From: Candidatus Multivoradales bacterium
Lineage (GTDB): Bacteria > Acidobacteriota > Thermoanaerobaculia > Multivoradales > JAHEKO01
Length of the DNA: 64,000 nucleotides
Reading direction: 5' to 3'
Assembly (NCBI GenBank): GCA_965223155.1
Contig: CBDCVR010000013.1
Location: forward strand, 96,001 to 160,000
A program made the translations under genes and the position numbers. Positions 49,990-58,997 of this stretch are shown in pieces; position 1 is the first letter of the stretch, and each line of letters starts with the position of its first letter. The notes beneath the pieces are model-generated. The model was given only the letters and a program-made list of their open reading frames with translations, searched no databases and was not told the origin of the DNA.

Positions 49990-50817
49990 CTACTGTGCTG
50001 GAATTGGGATCGGTGGCTGATGCCTCGACACTCGGTAGTTGGCATCCGAGCGAACGTAGTGGGCGGCGATCGCGCGGCGCCAGGTCTCTGTAGAGTTGGA
50101 CGGGGACGAGTGCAGAACGAGACTGTGATGAAGAATACAGTCGCCCGGCTCCGCTGGAACAGGCACTAGATCGCCCAGGTCGCTACGCGGCGTTAAGTGA
50201 GGCGTGCCTGCTATTTGTCGATGGTCAAGCAACCCCACAGCGTGAGAGCCAGGCACATAATGCAGACATCCGTTCTCGACTGTGGCTCGGTCGACAGGGC
50301 ACCAGCAAGTCACAAGATGCTCAGGGGGATGCACTCCGAAGTATGCGTTGTCCTGGTGAGGCGGTTTTTCCGAACCGAGCCTGGCTGGTTTCAAGATCGC
50401 CTGATCTGAGTAGAGGCTAATTGGCGAACCGATGAGGTCTTGAACGACCTTCGTAATTCGGGTCGATAGGGAGTGGGCACGGAATACTGGTTCGTAGGCG
50501 CTTAGGTATCTAAACCGGCGTACGGTCGCCTTCGAGCGTGGCGACACACCTCCTGCATCCGCTTCATGCCCAACCAGCAAACGCTGAGCCTCGGGTCCTT
50601 CCCAGTCTTCACACAGCTCGTCGAGTCGTCTCCTCATCTTCTCGACCTCGGCACGGGGCACCAAGCCCGGCATGAGCAAGAAGCCCTGTGCTAGGAAAAG
50701 ACCTCTATCCGTCAAGTCTGCGAGCACCTTTCGGAAACGTTGAATAGCTGGCTGGAAGTATACAAGGAGTGTTTCTGACGCACTTCCAGGTTGCTCTGTC
50801 GGCGTCACGTGCCGCAC
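49990..50817 (-). CDS. PhyH-family Fe(II)/2-oxoglutarate dioxygenase
   Basis: KP......PHQD..Y, W...D.AT.ENGCL.YVPGSH, GD...H....H.S..N.....R; true start probably downstream. Confidence 0.9.
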   Translation of the reverse strand: MRHVTPTEQPGSASETLLVYFQPAIQRFRKVLADLTDRGLFLAQGFLLMPGLVPRAEVEKMRRRLDELCEDWEGPEAQRLLVGHEADAGGVSPRSKATVRRFRYLSAYEPVFRAHSLSTRITKVVQDLIGSPISLYSDQAILKPARLGSEKPPHQDNAYFGVHPPEHLVTCWCPVDRATVENGCLHYVPGSHAVGLLDHRQIAGTPHLTPRSDLGDLVPVPAEPGDCILHHSLVLHSSPSNSTETWRRAIAAHYVRSDANYRVSRHQPPIPIPAQ

Positions 50818-50906
50818 GGGCTCGCCTAGTAGAGCTTGAAAGCATCATGGGAGTAAGAAAGAGGTCGATCCTTGACCCCACCGAGCGAGCCCGCCATGCT
50901 TAGTAA

Positions 50907-51572
50907 ATGACCGGCTCGATCTGGGAACAGCCGGAATCGGTCGCCAAATTCGCCGGACGTGATCCGGACGTACGACTGCTCGAGATCCTCGACGGTTACG
51001 CAGCGGCGGAAGGTGCGCGGGTGCTCGACCTGGGCTGTGGCGGCGGCCGCAACAGCCAAGTGCTGGCTCGCCGTGGATTCGATCTCTACGCGCTCGACGC
51101 GTCGCGGGCAATGGTGGCTCATACCAGGCGCTGCTTGCGACCTCTGCTCGGCAAGCTGCAGACGGCCAGCCGCGTCAACCACGGCGGCATGGACAACCTC
51201 GGCCAGTTTGCCGACGCCTTTTTCGACCTGGTGGTGGCGCTCGGCATCTACCACTGCGCCTCCAGCCGCGCGGAATGGGACTCGGCACTGTCCGAGACCG
51301 CCCGAGTGCTGAAAGGTGGGGGACGTCTCCTAGTCTCGATCTTCACGCCGGAGACCGACTTGACGGGGAAGGGAGTACGGCCAGTGCCTAGCGAGCCGAA
51401 CCTTTACGACGGGCTGCCGGCGGGTCGCTGCTTCCTTGTTGATCCGGAGACCCTAGACGCCGAAATGGGCCGTTTTGGCCTCACTGCCGAAGTGCCCAGC
51501 CGGACCGTGCGGGTCGACACGGAAACGGGCCGTCGGGTCGTGATCAACGCGCTCTACGCGAAGGAGGAATAG
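50907..51572 (+). CDS. Class I SAM-dependent methyltransferase
   Basis: VLDLGCGGGRN, D.S..M, FDLVV, RVLK.GG.L. Confidence 0.88.
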   Translation: MTGSIWEQPESVAKFAGRDPDVRLLEILDGYAAAEGARVLDLGCGGGRNSQVLARRGFDLYALDASRAMVAHTRRCLRPLLGKLQTASRVNHGGMDNLGQFADAFFDLVVALGIYHCASSRAEWDSALSETARVLKGGGRLLVSIFTPETDLTGKGVRPVPSEPNLYDGLPAGRCFLVDPETLDAEMGRFGLTAEVPSRTVRVDTETGRRVVINALYAKEE

Positions 51573-51649
51573 AGCAATCCTGGGAGGTGTAGCATTTCGC
51601 TGAAGCGTCCAGGCAGGGGTTCGAGTTCCACTGAGCGGAATCCGCCGAG

Positions 51650-52618
51650 ATGATCGTAGACTCTCTTCGCGAAGCGTATCTGAGGTTGGTGGCGAAGGTC
51701 CGCTGTCGTGGCGATAATGATCTCGAATCTGGTCGGCGGTCGCTGAGCTTTGAAACGGTCGACCTCGACCCTCGTCTAGCTGACTGCGGCCCATCCGACA
51801 CGATCCTGATGTCGCGCGCTCTGACCGATCTCATGCAGAGCTCTCGTGTTTCTTCGGACCTGCGGCTTGAGGCTGGACAGCTCGTTGCCGATATCGGTGT
51901 TCTCCCAGTTGACCTGGACGCCTGGGTCGCGATTCCGGACGACTTGCTCGACTATCCATTCAAGATCGGGAAGTACCCGGTCACCAATTCCCAGTACCAG
52001 CGCTTTGTTCATGACGGCGGGTATGAGCGTGACGCCGGTTGGTTCGGCGAAAAGGCGCAGCGCGAGATCCTCGAGTTTGAGCAGAATTTCGCGAAGGGTG
52101 AGTGGCCAAACGGCGGCCCCCAGTATGGCGAAGCTTCACATCTCAGTCGTCTGACTCTGCCAGTGACACGCGTCAGCTGGTATGAAGCCCAGGCATACGC
52201 CTCGTGGCTTACCGCGCTGCTTCGACGAGACAGTGCAATCAGCGTGGAAGAGACCGTACGGCTGCCCAGAGTCGCTGAATGGCAACGGGCCACTGCCGGT
52301 GTCGACGGTCGCGAGTATCCCTGGGAAGGCGAGTTTGATGTGGGTCGCGCAAACACCCGAGAAAGCCGACTGGGCCAGCCGTCGCCAGTTCACATGTACC
52401 CGATGGGGGCGACGCCTGAAGGCGTGTTCGATCTCGCTGGCAACGTTTGGGAGTGGATGGCTGACAAGGAACACGAGGGTGGCTTCGCACTCGCGGGGGG
52501 CGCCTACTGGAATGACTTTGCCGCAGTTGGTGCGAACGCGCGGCGCCGGAACGACGGGTACTTCAGGCCCGGCGACGTCGGTTTTCGTATGGTGGTCGTA
52601 CCCACCTCTCGTCCTTGA
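51650..52618 (+). CDS. FGE-sulfatase (SUMF1-like) domain protein, non-catalytic, possibly a fragment
   Basis: IGKYPVTN.QY..F, PV..VSW.EA.AY..W, RLP...EW, YPW, DLAGNVWEW, GFR; no catalytic Cys pair. Confidence 0.8.
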   Translation: MIVDSLREAYLRLVAKVRCRGDNDLESGRRSLSFETVDLDPRLADCGPSDTILMSRALTDLMQSSRVSSDLRLEAGQLVADIGVLPVDLDAWVAIPDDLLDYPFKIGKYPVTNSQYQRFVHDGGYERDAGWFGEKAQREILEFEQNFAKGEWPNGGPQYGEASHLSRLTLPVTRVSWYEAQAYASWLTALLRRDSAISVEETVRLPRVAEWQRATAGVDGREYPWEGEFDVGRANTRESRLGQPSPVHMYPMGATPEGVFDLAGNVWEWMADKEHEGGFALAGGAYWNDFAAVGANARRRNDGYFRPGDVGFRMVVVPTSRP

Positions 52619-52816
52619 CTCTTGTCGCCGTCCTGTCCTCAAAGCAGGGGTGCAGGAGCTGGGAGATCGATCGCTGCAACACCCGCACGGTTTAGGGAGA
52701 CCTCAGGACCGCGTCGAGACAAGGGGGGTGTGTAAGGACTTCTTCTGATTGGTCTCAAAGGGCTGTTAGGACGGCCCCAGGCGGTTTCCAAAGCTCACGG
52801 TCACCCTCTCAATCGC

Positions 52817-53692
52817 CTATTCCTCTTCGGTCAGGTGCGCCCCGGAGCCTAGAGCACCCTCAACGATTTCGCTGGCTTGCTCGTGAGACGCAAGGACGTC
52901 TTGAATCGCCAACCGGGCGTACGCTGTGAACTCACCCTCTCCCGCTGCGAGTGCTTCCAGATGTTCCCTCTTCTCTTCCTGGACTTCTTTCGAGCAGATA
53001 TCGAAAGTCGCAAGAAACTCACGAGTGAAAGTCTTCACTTCCTCGTACCGCTTTTTGCGGCGGGTCGCCAGTCCCTCCTCATCAAGGCCCAGTAGGCGCC
53101 GTGTAACTCTTCCGGCAGGCGTCTTGTAGCCGAGCACCCCGGTCCTATGAAACGCGAAGTGTTCTTCAGGGTAAGCGTGAACTGGGTTCACCAGTAGAGG
53201 CACCTCGCGGCCCTCTTCTACTGGGGACCAAGCCCGCAGATCTTCATTCTCAATAGGAAAAGCTTCCCACTTGCCAACGACCCGCCCCTCTGTGAACTGC
53301 CCGCTCGCCGTGTTGCAGGCCGTGCAGCTGGGTAGCAGATTCTGCCAGTCGTACGCAAGCCAGTAGTAGCCTGGGTGGTCCTCCTCCCCGGATCCCGTGT
53401 TGCGCCTGATGGGCTTTCGATTCTCGTCAGTGACTCGCTTGCTCGGCCGGTAGTGGTCAACATCACCGTGCTGATTCGCTAGGTCCCGCTCACAGTAGGC
53501 ACACTTCCGCTTGAAGGGGCCCGCCGGGGCCATATAGACAGCAACTTTCTTCTCTTTGTAGAGGTCGCGATTTACGACGACCTCTTCTCCGGCCTCGACA
53601 GCTGCGATGAGCTCATTCGTAGCCGCTTCGCAGCGCTCTCTCCACTCCGCCCAATCGGGGTCTTCTGGTTCGGGAAAGACTATCTTTCTCAT
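52817..53692 (-). CDS. HNH endonuclease (PtuB-like), copy 2
   Basis: KCAYCE, DVDHYRP, GYYWLAYDW.NLLPSC..CN, PLL.NP; ATGA overlap with the ATPase. Confidence 0.85.
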   Translation of the reverse strand: MRKIVFPEPEDPDWAEWRERCEAATNELIAAVEAGEEVVVNRDLYKEKKVAVYMAPAGPFKRKCAYCERDLANQHGDVDHYRPSKRVTDENRKPIRRNTGSGEEDHPGYYWLAYDWQNLLPSCTACNTASGQFTEGRVVGKWEAFPIENEDLRAWSPVEEGREVPLLVNPVHAYPEEHFAFHRTGVLGYKTPAGRVTRRLLGLDEEGLATRRKKRYEEVKTFTREFLATFDICSKEVQEEKREHLEALAAGEGEFTAYARLAIQDVLASHEQASEIVEGALGSGAHLTEEE

Positions 53693-55011
53693 TCTTGAAC
53701 CGGGCCACTGAGGATCCTCGTCAGCTGTCGCCGGATTTCAAGTTCCCATGCCGCGCGATCGCGATCATTTGCATGCTGATGCCGCTGCTCGAGAGCCTCT
53801 AGGACCGTCGAACGAATCTCTCTTTCGATGGGCCTCTCTCCTGTTCCCAGGCTGTCCTCAAGTAGCGCAGCCAACTGCTCAAGCTCTCCCTCCTCTTCGG
53901 GTGTGCGCTGCTCCCTGCTCGACAGATCCGCGTAGCGATCAATCCTCATCTTGATTTCGTCGTCGCTACTTGTAGGCAAGCCGAAAAGGAACGAGGTGAG
54001 AACTTCGTCTGCTCGCCTTCTCCGGGGTATCTTCGCCTTGGTCGCGCTGACAGACCGCTCGCCCTCGCGGTGTAGGACCACAAGATTGCACTCACCGTCT
54101 TTCAGGTCGGTAGTCCCGATGACACACATGGGTGCGTGAGTCGTGCCTATGAACTGGACGTTCTTGAACTGCTGGTGCAGCAGACCCACGATTCTTCTCT
54201 GCCAGGCTGGGTGTAGATGCTGCTCGACCTCGTCGATAAACACGATCCCTGAGAAATCAAGACCCGGAGCCTCTCCGAAGTGGAGCATCCCCCAGCCAAG
54301 AAGATCCGCGAGAATCGCGAAGGTCGCTGCGTATCCGTCCCCAGCGGCACCGATCGTCGCCCTCGATCCGAAGTCGCCCTTCACCTTCACCCCATCGTCG
54401 AGCGTAACGGACCCCTCCTCGAGCATCAGGACCTTCTCGATAGCGCAAAGGATCTCACTCTCCTTTGCACCCTTTCTGACCAAGCGTGCCAGAGCGACCT
54501 CGGTACTCCAAAGGGCCGCGTCGTTGCTGAAGAGCGTATACAGTGACTCCGAAGGCCCGTACTTATCGTATGGCTCGGTGCCGATCGTCCCGCGAGCTAC
54601 CCCGTAACCGCAAGTAAAGACCTGGTCCCACGGCACCTTGCTGCTCGGTTCGGAAGGGCCGTGCTCCTCCGGTACCAACTGTTGTAGTGCTTCTCTGCCA
54701 TGCTCGCTGGTGATCTTTATTTGGCTGACGTAGGGTTCACAGGTGCGCTCGTCGATAAGCTCGACTCTGATTGTGCCCTCCTTGGCTCCCTCTCGGAGCA
54801 TGTCGCCTTGAAGCTCGCGTAGTAGACCAGAGGCGCTTGTTTCATCGCAGAGGCTCATGGCCAGTGCCCGCAGGAGAGTCGTCTTGCCGGAGCCGTTGTC
54901 GCCGAGAAGAAGCGTCCACGCGGCAGGCTTGCCTTCCTGCACAAAGTCAAGCTCTAGCTCTTCAAAGCAGCGAATGTTCTGCAGAGTTAGCTTGGTCACT
55001 TTGAGGGGCAT
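53689..55011 (-). CDS. ABC/AAA ATPase (PtuA-like), copy 2
   Basis: LQNIRCFE, GDNGSGKTT, GYG..R, GDGY signature, DEVEQHLHP.WQ, QFI.TTH.P. Confidence 0.87.
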   Translation of the reverse strand: MPLKVTKLTLQNIRCFEELELDFVQEGKPAAWTLLLGDNGSGKTTLLRALAMSLCDETSASGLLRELQGDMLREGAKEGTIRVELIDERTCEPYVSQIKITSEHGREALQQLVPEEHGPSEPSSKVPWDQVFTCGYGVARGTIGTEPYDKYGPSESLYTLFSNDAALWSTEVALARLVRKGAKESEILCAIEKVLMLEEGSVTLDDGVKVKGDFGSRATIGAAGDGYAATFAILADLLGWGMLHFGEAPGLDFSGIVFIDEVEQHLHPAWQRRIVGLLHQQFKNVQFIGTTHAPMCVIGTTDLKDGECNLVVLHREGERSVSATKAKIPRRRRADEVLTSFLFGLPTSSDDEIKMRIDRYADLSSREQRTPEEEGELEQLAALLEDSLGTGERPIEREIRSTVLEALEQRHQHANDRDRAAWELEIRRQLTRILSGPVQE

Positions 55012-55053
55012 TATTGACGCCTAGCTCAATAGGGATTGAGACAGGAGCAGAAC

Positions 55054-55776
55054 CTAGCGTGGTAGTAACGCGCGGACGAGATCCGCCTTGACGACACCGA
55101 ATCGCCCACTGCCCGCCTGAGCCTCGCATGCTGCGCCCCGAACACAAATGACGTCCACGCCCGTCGCCCAGATCTCGCCAACCTCGTCGATGCTGATCGA
55201 GCCTGCGACCCAGGCCTCCTTACCTCGCTCGTGAAGCGCAGCACTAAACGAGCGGAGCTGAGCGACCGAGTAGTAATCAAGAAGCCCTCTTCCGGTCCCT
55301 TTGTCGAACGTGTCGATAAGTAATCCGTCAGCATCTGTCTCAGCTACGAGGCGAGGGCCGTCAACCAAGGGATCAAGGACTTTCGCCAAGTCGTGATCGG
55401 CGAAGACAGCCGGATAGACCTTCTTGTCGAGAAACCATTCGCGGACCGTTCTGACGAGGTTCCGCCCCAGGTAAACAGCGGATTCAATGGGTAGGCCCGC
55501 TAAACCACATTTCACTTGGTCTGCGCCTGCTGTCGCTACCCCCAAGGCTGCTTGGCACGCGGTACTTCTGACCGATTGCTCTTCACCGATATTCGTCGAC
55601 ACCTGCATCGCGCCGAAGCCGGCTTCGTCGAGCGCTTTCCGCACAGCCCGGATGTTGAGTGGGTACGGTGTCCCTAGCGCCGAGGCTGGGAACTCAACGT
55701 CGGCGATGTGCGCGCCACCTTCCGCAGCCTCTACGGCCTCGACCGGTCCACGTACGCTAACCAGGAGACGCTGCAT
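55054..55776 (-). CDS. MfnB-like (5-formylfuran-3-yl)methyl phosphate synthase (DUF556 family)
   Basis: LLVSV....EA..A..GGA.I.DV..P...LG, S..IG, .VK.GL, FAD, L.DT.DK, AGS, D...VRGAAC....R.G. Confidence 0.8.
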   Translation of the reverse strand: MQRLLVSVRGPVEAVEAAEGGAHIADVEFPASALGTPYPLNIRAVRKALDEAGFGAMQVSTNIGEEQSVRSTACQAALGVATAGADQVKCGLAGLPIESAVYLGRNLVRTVREWFLDKKVYPAVFADHDLAKVLDPLVDGPRLVAETDADGLLIDTFDKGTGRGLLDYYSVAQLRSFSAALHERGKEAWVAGSISIDEVGEIWATGVDVICVRGAACEAQAGSGRFGVVKADLVRALLPR

Positions 55777-55781
55777 TCGCC

Positions 55782-57176
55782 TCAGTGACCTCGCGCCTCT
55801 TTTCTTGAGTGTTCGACCAACTCGAGAGCCTGACTTGCCTCCTCAGCCTGCTCTCGCCTTGCTGATACGGAGAGTTCCACTTGCGTCATTGGGCGCCTCA
55901 CCGAGTCAGCTGCTACCCGAGCTTTAAGAGCTGCCAGAACGCCCGCTGCTTCCCAGTAGTTCTCGACAAGCCAGAACTGACCAGGCTTCCAATTCAGCAT
56001 CTTCAGGTCGTTTCTCATGACGTTGGTGTTCTCTTTGACGGCTATGACAGCTATCCCCTGCTCAAGTGCCGCCAAGGTCGGCAGTCCAATGCAGCCATCG
56101 GGAATCACTAGCGCCGAAACATCGGAAGCGGTCAGAACGCCGGGGCCGAGTAGATCCTCGGATCTGGTGACCACCCGCGGCGCCTGGTGCAGTCCTTTGA
56201 GGACGCACTGGAAGAAGCTCAGGGACACTGCCTCAGCAGCCATCCGAGGATCGACGATACCGGGGTCCATGTTCGCTACCGCCTGCGATTCGAACATCGG
56301 CGAGTGCGCCGACGCCACATCGAATAGGCACGACACTGCGTGAGTCAGCATTGCTTCCACGCCGCCCCAGGGGTTAACCATCTCGCCGCCCCTCTCGAAG
56401 TACTCCATGTGATACTTCGCCGGGACGTCGATAACCGAGGAAATTGCTACCGCGTCGTAGCTTCCTCGAGTCTCGGCCAAGAGACGACATAGTCGTTCAA
56501 GCCCCTCAACTCTGCCTCCAGCCCTGCCCGAGTCCGCATACCTAGCCCGCATCTTGATGGGAGGGTCAAGCTGGACTATCTCGGGACAAGCCAGCCCGTA
56601 GGTTGTTCTCGCAGCGTTGACGGTGTTGACCGCAGCGTTGACGAATAGAGGATCCGAATGTCGGTCGATCACCACGAGCACTTGGTTTGCGCGCCCGGGT
56701 AGCAGTCCAACTGTCCCCATGAGAAGCCGCGAAAGCACGCTCCCTTCGACATACAGCCCGTTCTCAGGCAGCTCATTGACATCGGAAGCATTCACTACAT
56801 TGGGGTGTGTGATTACCAGATCGGACAGCGCTCCCAGCAAGCGAACGACAGGACCAGCATCACCTGCATGGCCGCCAATTTCAGCTCCGATGCCTGTCGG
56901 CACTATCAGGACGGTGTTGAAGCCGCCTGAGCGGCCTGCGGGTGCTCTCTGGACGAACCGGAAGATCGAATCAGGCCGAGGAATCGCCTCGTCGGTGAGC
57001 TCGCTCATGACGCTCACTTCAGCCACCAACTTCGACGAAGTGCTCTCAGTCACCACACACCGAAGGGGCGTCACACCCTCAGGAAGTTGTTGGAGGATGG
57101 ATGCCTCGAGCTGCGCCAAGAGACTCCTCGAGCTCATCTCGGCGGCAAGGTCGATTCTGTACTCAGACAAGAACAT
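55782..57176 (-). CDS. DUF3326 family protein
   Basis: LIVPTGIGAEIGGHAGDA, ITHPNVVNA, YVEG, GGVEA..TH, AH.P, DPR.AAE, I.V.EN. Confidence 0.78.
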   Translation of the reverse strand: MFLSEYRIDLAAEMSSRSLLAQLEASILQQLPEGVTPLRCVVTESTSSKLVAEVSVMSELTDEAIPRPDSIFRFVQRAPAGRSGGFNTVLIVPTGIGAEIGGHAGDAGPVVRLLGALSDLVITHPNVVNASDVNELPENGLYVEGSVLSRLLMGTVGLLPGRANQVLVVIDRHSDPLFVNAAVNTVNAARTTYGLACPEIVQLDPPIKMRARYADSGRAGGRVEGLERLCRLLAETRGSYDAVAISSVIDVPAKYHMEYFERGGEMVNPWGGVEAMLTHAVSCLFDVASAHSPMFESQAVANMDPGIVDPRMAAEAVSLSFFQCVLKGLHQAPRVVTRSEDLLGPGVLTASDVSALVIPDGCIGLPTLAALEQGIAVIAVKENTNVMRNDLKMLNWKPGQFWLVENYWEAAGVLAALKARVAADSVRRPMTQVELSVSARREQAEEASQALELVEHSRKEARGH

Positions 57177-58335
57177 GCTGTGCTCCGTTTCTCGCGGTGT
57201 AGTCGTCGAACGAGAAGCTCTTGAGCTGCGTCATGACGCCACCCTGCGAAACCCAGTAGATGTGAGGGAGGTTCACGCCATTGAAGTAGCTCGCCTTCAC
57301 CAACGAGTAGGCTCCGGCTCCGGTAAAGGCGAGCCTCGAGCCCACGCGTAAGGGCTCGCTGAACGAGTAGGTACCGAACACATCTCCAGCCAGGCACGTG
57401 CAGCCCGCCAGCAAGTACTCGAAGCCCTCCCCATCACTTTCCCCGAGCAGATCGGGCTGGAACTGGTACTCGAACACCTCCGGCCAATGGTTGACTGACG
57501 TGTCAAGGACGGCGATTTCGACGCCATCGCGCCGGAAACGGTCCACAACCTCCGCCACGAGGACGCCGGCCTCTTGAACGACACCCGCTCCCGGCTCAAA
57601 GAAGACCTCGCAGCGCCCTCGATTTCTGAGCAGATCTACGGCGAGGATTAGGTCCTCAACATCACTGGCCTCGGCAAAGAGATAGCCCCCGCCGATGTTC
57701 GCCCAGCGGACACGGGCCAGGAGCTGTGGAATCCGCTCGAGTAGGCGTCTGACTGTCTGGAGGACGCCTGCAAAGCTACGGGCTTCGCAGTTCGTATGAA
57801 AGTGAATCCCTTCGATCTCCGACAGGATGGAGTCGCCGTTCGCGAGCGCTTCGCGAATCTGCCCGAGCGGAACACCTAGCTTAGAGTGTTTCCCGCTCGG
57901 GTCGTATCGGCGATCCTTGACCAGCGATAGACCGGGATTCAGTCGCAGACCGCAGCTCGCCCTACCCAAGCTGTAAGGCAGGAGGCGCCTAGCCTGCTCA
58001 AGAGAATTGAACGACACAGCACCGCACAATGTCGCGAGCTCGTCAATCGCGGTTCGAGCGATCAAAGGACTGGTCAAGTGGACCGTTTGATCCCGGCGCG
58101 CGACCATCTTGCAAAGCTGAACCTCGAAGAGCGAGCTCGCTGAGAATCCGACCACGGCTGGGGCAATAGACTCCAGCAGCCGGCAATGGCTCGCGGCTTT
58201 CAAGCTGTAGAGACTGCTGAGACCCGCTCTCCCTGCAAGCATTGTCAGAGTGTCGAGGCTCTTTCGGATCGTGCCCTCGTCAAACACGTACGCCGGCGTT
58301 GTGATCCTCTCGAGGACAGATTGTGCGAAAGACAT
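57163..58335 (-). CDS. Carboxynorspermidine decarboxylase-like PLP enzyme (NspC family)
   Basis: TPAYV.DE, SLK (PLP Lys), ASSLFE, GLRLNP...YDP...SKLG, GIHFH..CE, N.GGG, EPG, TCLAGDVFG.Y.F, VK..YFNG..LP; TGATG overlap with the upstream HNH gene. Confidence 0.87.
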   Translation of the reverse strand: MSFAQSVLERITTPAYVFDEGTIRKSLDTLTMLAGRAGLSSLYSLKAASHCRLLESIAPAVVGFSASSLFEVQLCKMVARRDQTVHLTSPLIARTAIDELATLCGAVSFNSLEQARRLLPYSLGRASCGLRLNPGLSLVKDRRYDPSGKHSKLGVPLGQIREALANGDSILSEIEGIHFHTNCEARSFAGVLQTVRRLLERIPQLLARVRWANIGGGYLFAEASDVEDLILAVDLLRNRGRCEVFFEPGAGVVQEAGVLVAEVVDRFRRDGVEIAVLDTSVNHWPEVFEYQFQPDLLGESDGEGFEYLLAGCTCLAGDVFGTYSFSEPLRVGSRLAFTGAGAYSLVKASYFNGVNLPHIYWVSQGGVMTQLKSFSFDDYTARNGAQHVLV

Positions 58336-58997
58336 CAGGTGGGCCACTCGTCGAGAATGAACTCAACCATCGAGCCGAACTGCCCCCTCGTCTTCTTCCT
58401 CAGTTCAGCCTCAAGGACCCCGACGGCAGGGTGCACCTGCGCTGCCTTCTTCTTCTGACGAATGGCAAGTACCGTTCCCAGGGTGTCGAGAAAGACCCTC
58501 CCGCGCGCTTGCATCAAGTCGTCTCGATTGAGGTCTGGGTGCTCTACGGTTGTCCTGCCACGCTCGCTCTCGGGCCATCGGAGGACGCCCAAATCAGTAG
58601 GCACATAGCTAAGATGCTCGCTTGGATCGTCGGCACAAGAGCAGAGGATTGGGCGCGACTCGCTCCACTTCTTTCCCTTCTTGGTGTTACACCTTGGGCA
58701 TGCCAAGTGAAGGTTGTCCCAGTCGAACACTCGATCTGGAAAGAGCCTCTTGGGCCGCCTGTGCTCGATATTCTCGGTGGCCACAGGCCTAACTCGAGCC
58801 TCGCAGTAGCAACAGAGGCCGTTGAACATCGCCCCTAGCTCGTCGCGGACGTCTTCCTTGTCGTAGCGCGAGTAAAGCGTCTTTAGCCTGCTGCGGTCGG
58901 GACTGCCTTTGGCAAGCTCTTGCTGTAGCTCCCGGGCCCACTTGGAGGCATTACGCCGAAGCGACGCCGGCTTGGGACCACGTTTGACCCGCCTCAG
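58335..58997 (-). CDS. HNH endonuclease (PtuB-like), copy 1, probable CTG start
   Basis: CCYCE, IEH.RPK, DW.NL.LAC.RCN.KK; frame open up to CTG 58997, which overlaps the ATPase TGA and follows GAGGAGG. Confidence 0.82.
   Translation of the reverse strand: MRRVKRGPKPASLRRNASKWARELQQELAKGSPDRSRLKTLYSRYDKEDVRDELGAMFNGLCCYCEARVRPVATENIEHRRPKRLFPDRVFDWDNLHLACPRCNTKKGKKWSESRPILCSCADDPSEHLSYVPTDLGVLRWPESERGRTTVEHPDLNRDDLMQARGRVFLDTLGTVLAIRQKKKAAQVHPAVGVLEAELRKKTRGQFGSMVEFILDEWPT

Noticed and set aside
51650-52618. Formylglycine-generating enzyme for the sulfatase at 11 kb
   Set aside because: It lacks catalytic cysteines, and the sulfatase-like protein has Thr, which cannot be converted.
51650-52816. 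DGR target (FGE/CLec fold with variable C-terminus)
   Set aside because: No template repeat, RT or avd gene seen in the window.
55054-55776. Methanofuran/C1 pathway locus
   Set aside because: No other mfn or H4MPT genes nearby; the context is mobile defence cargo.
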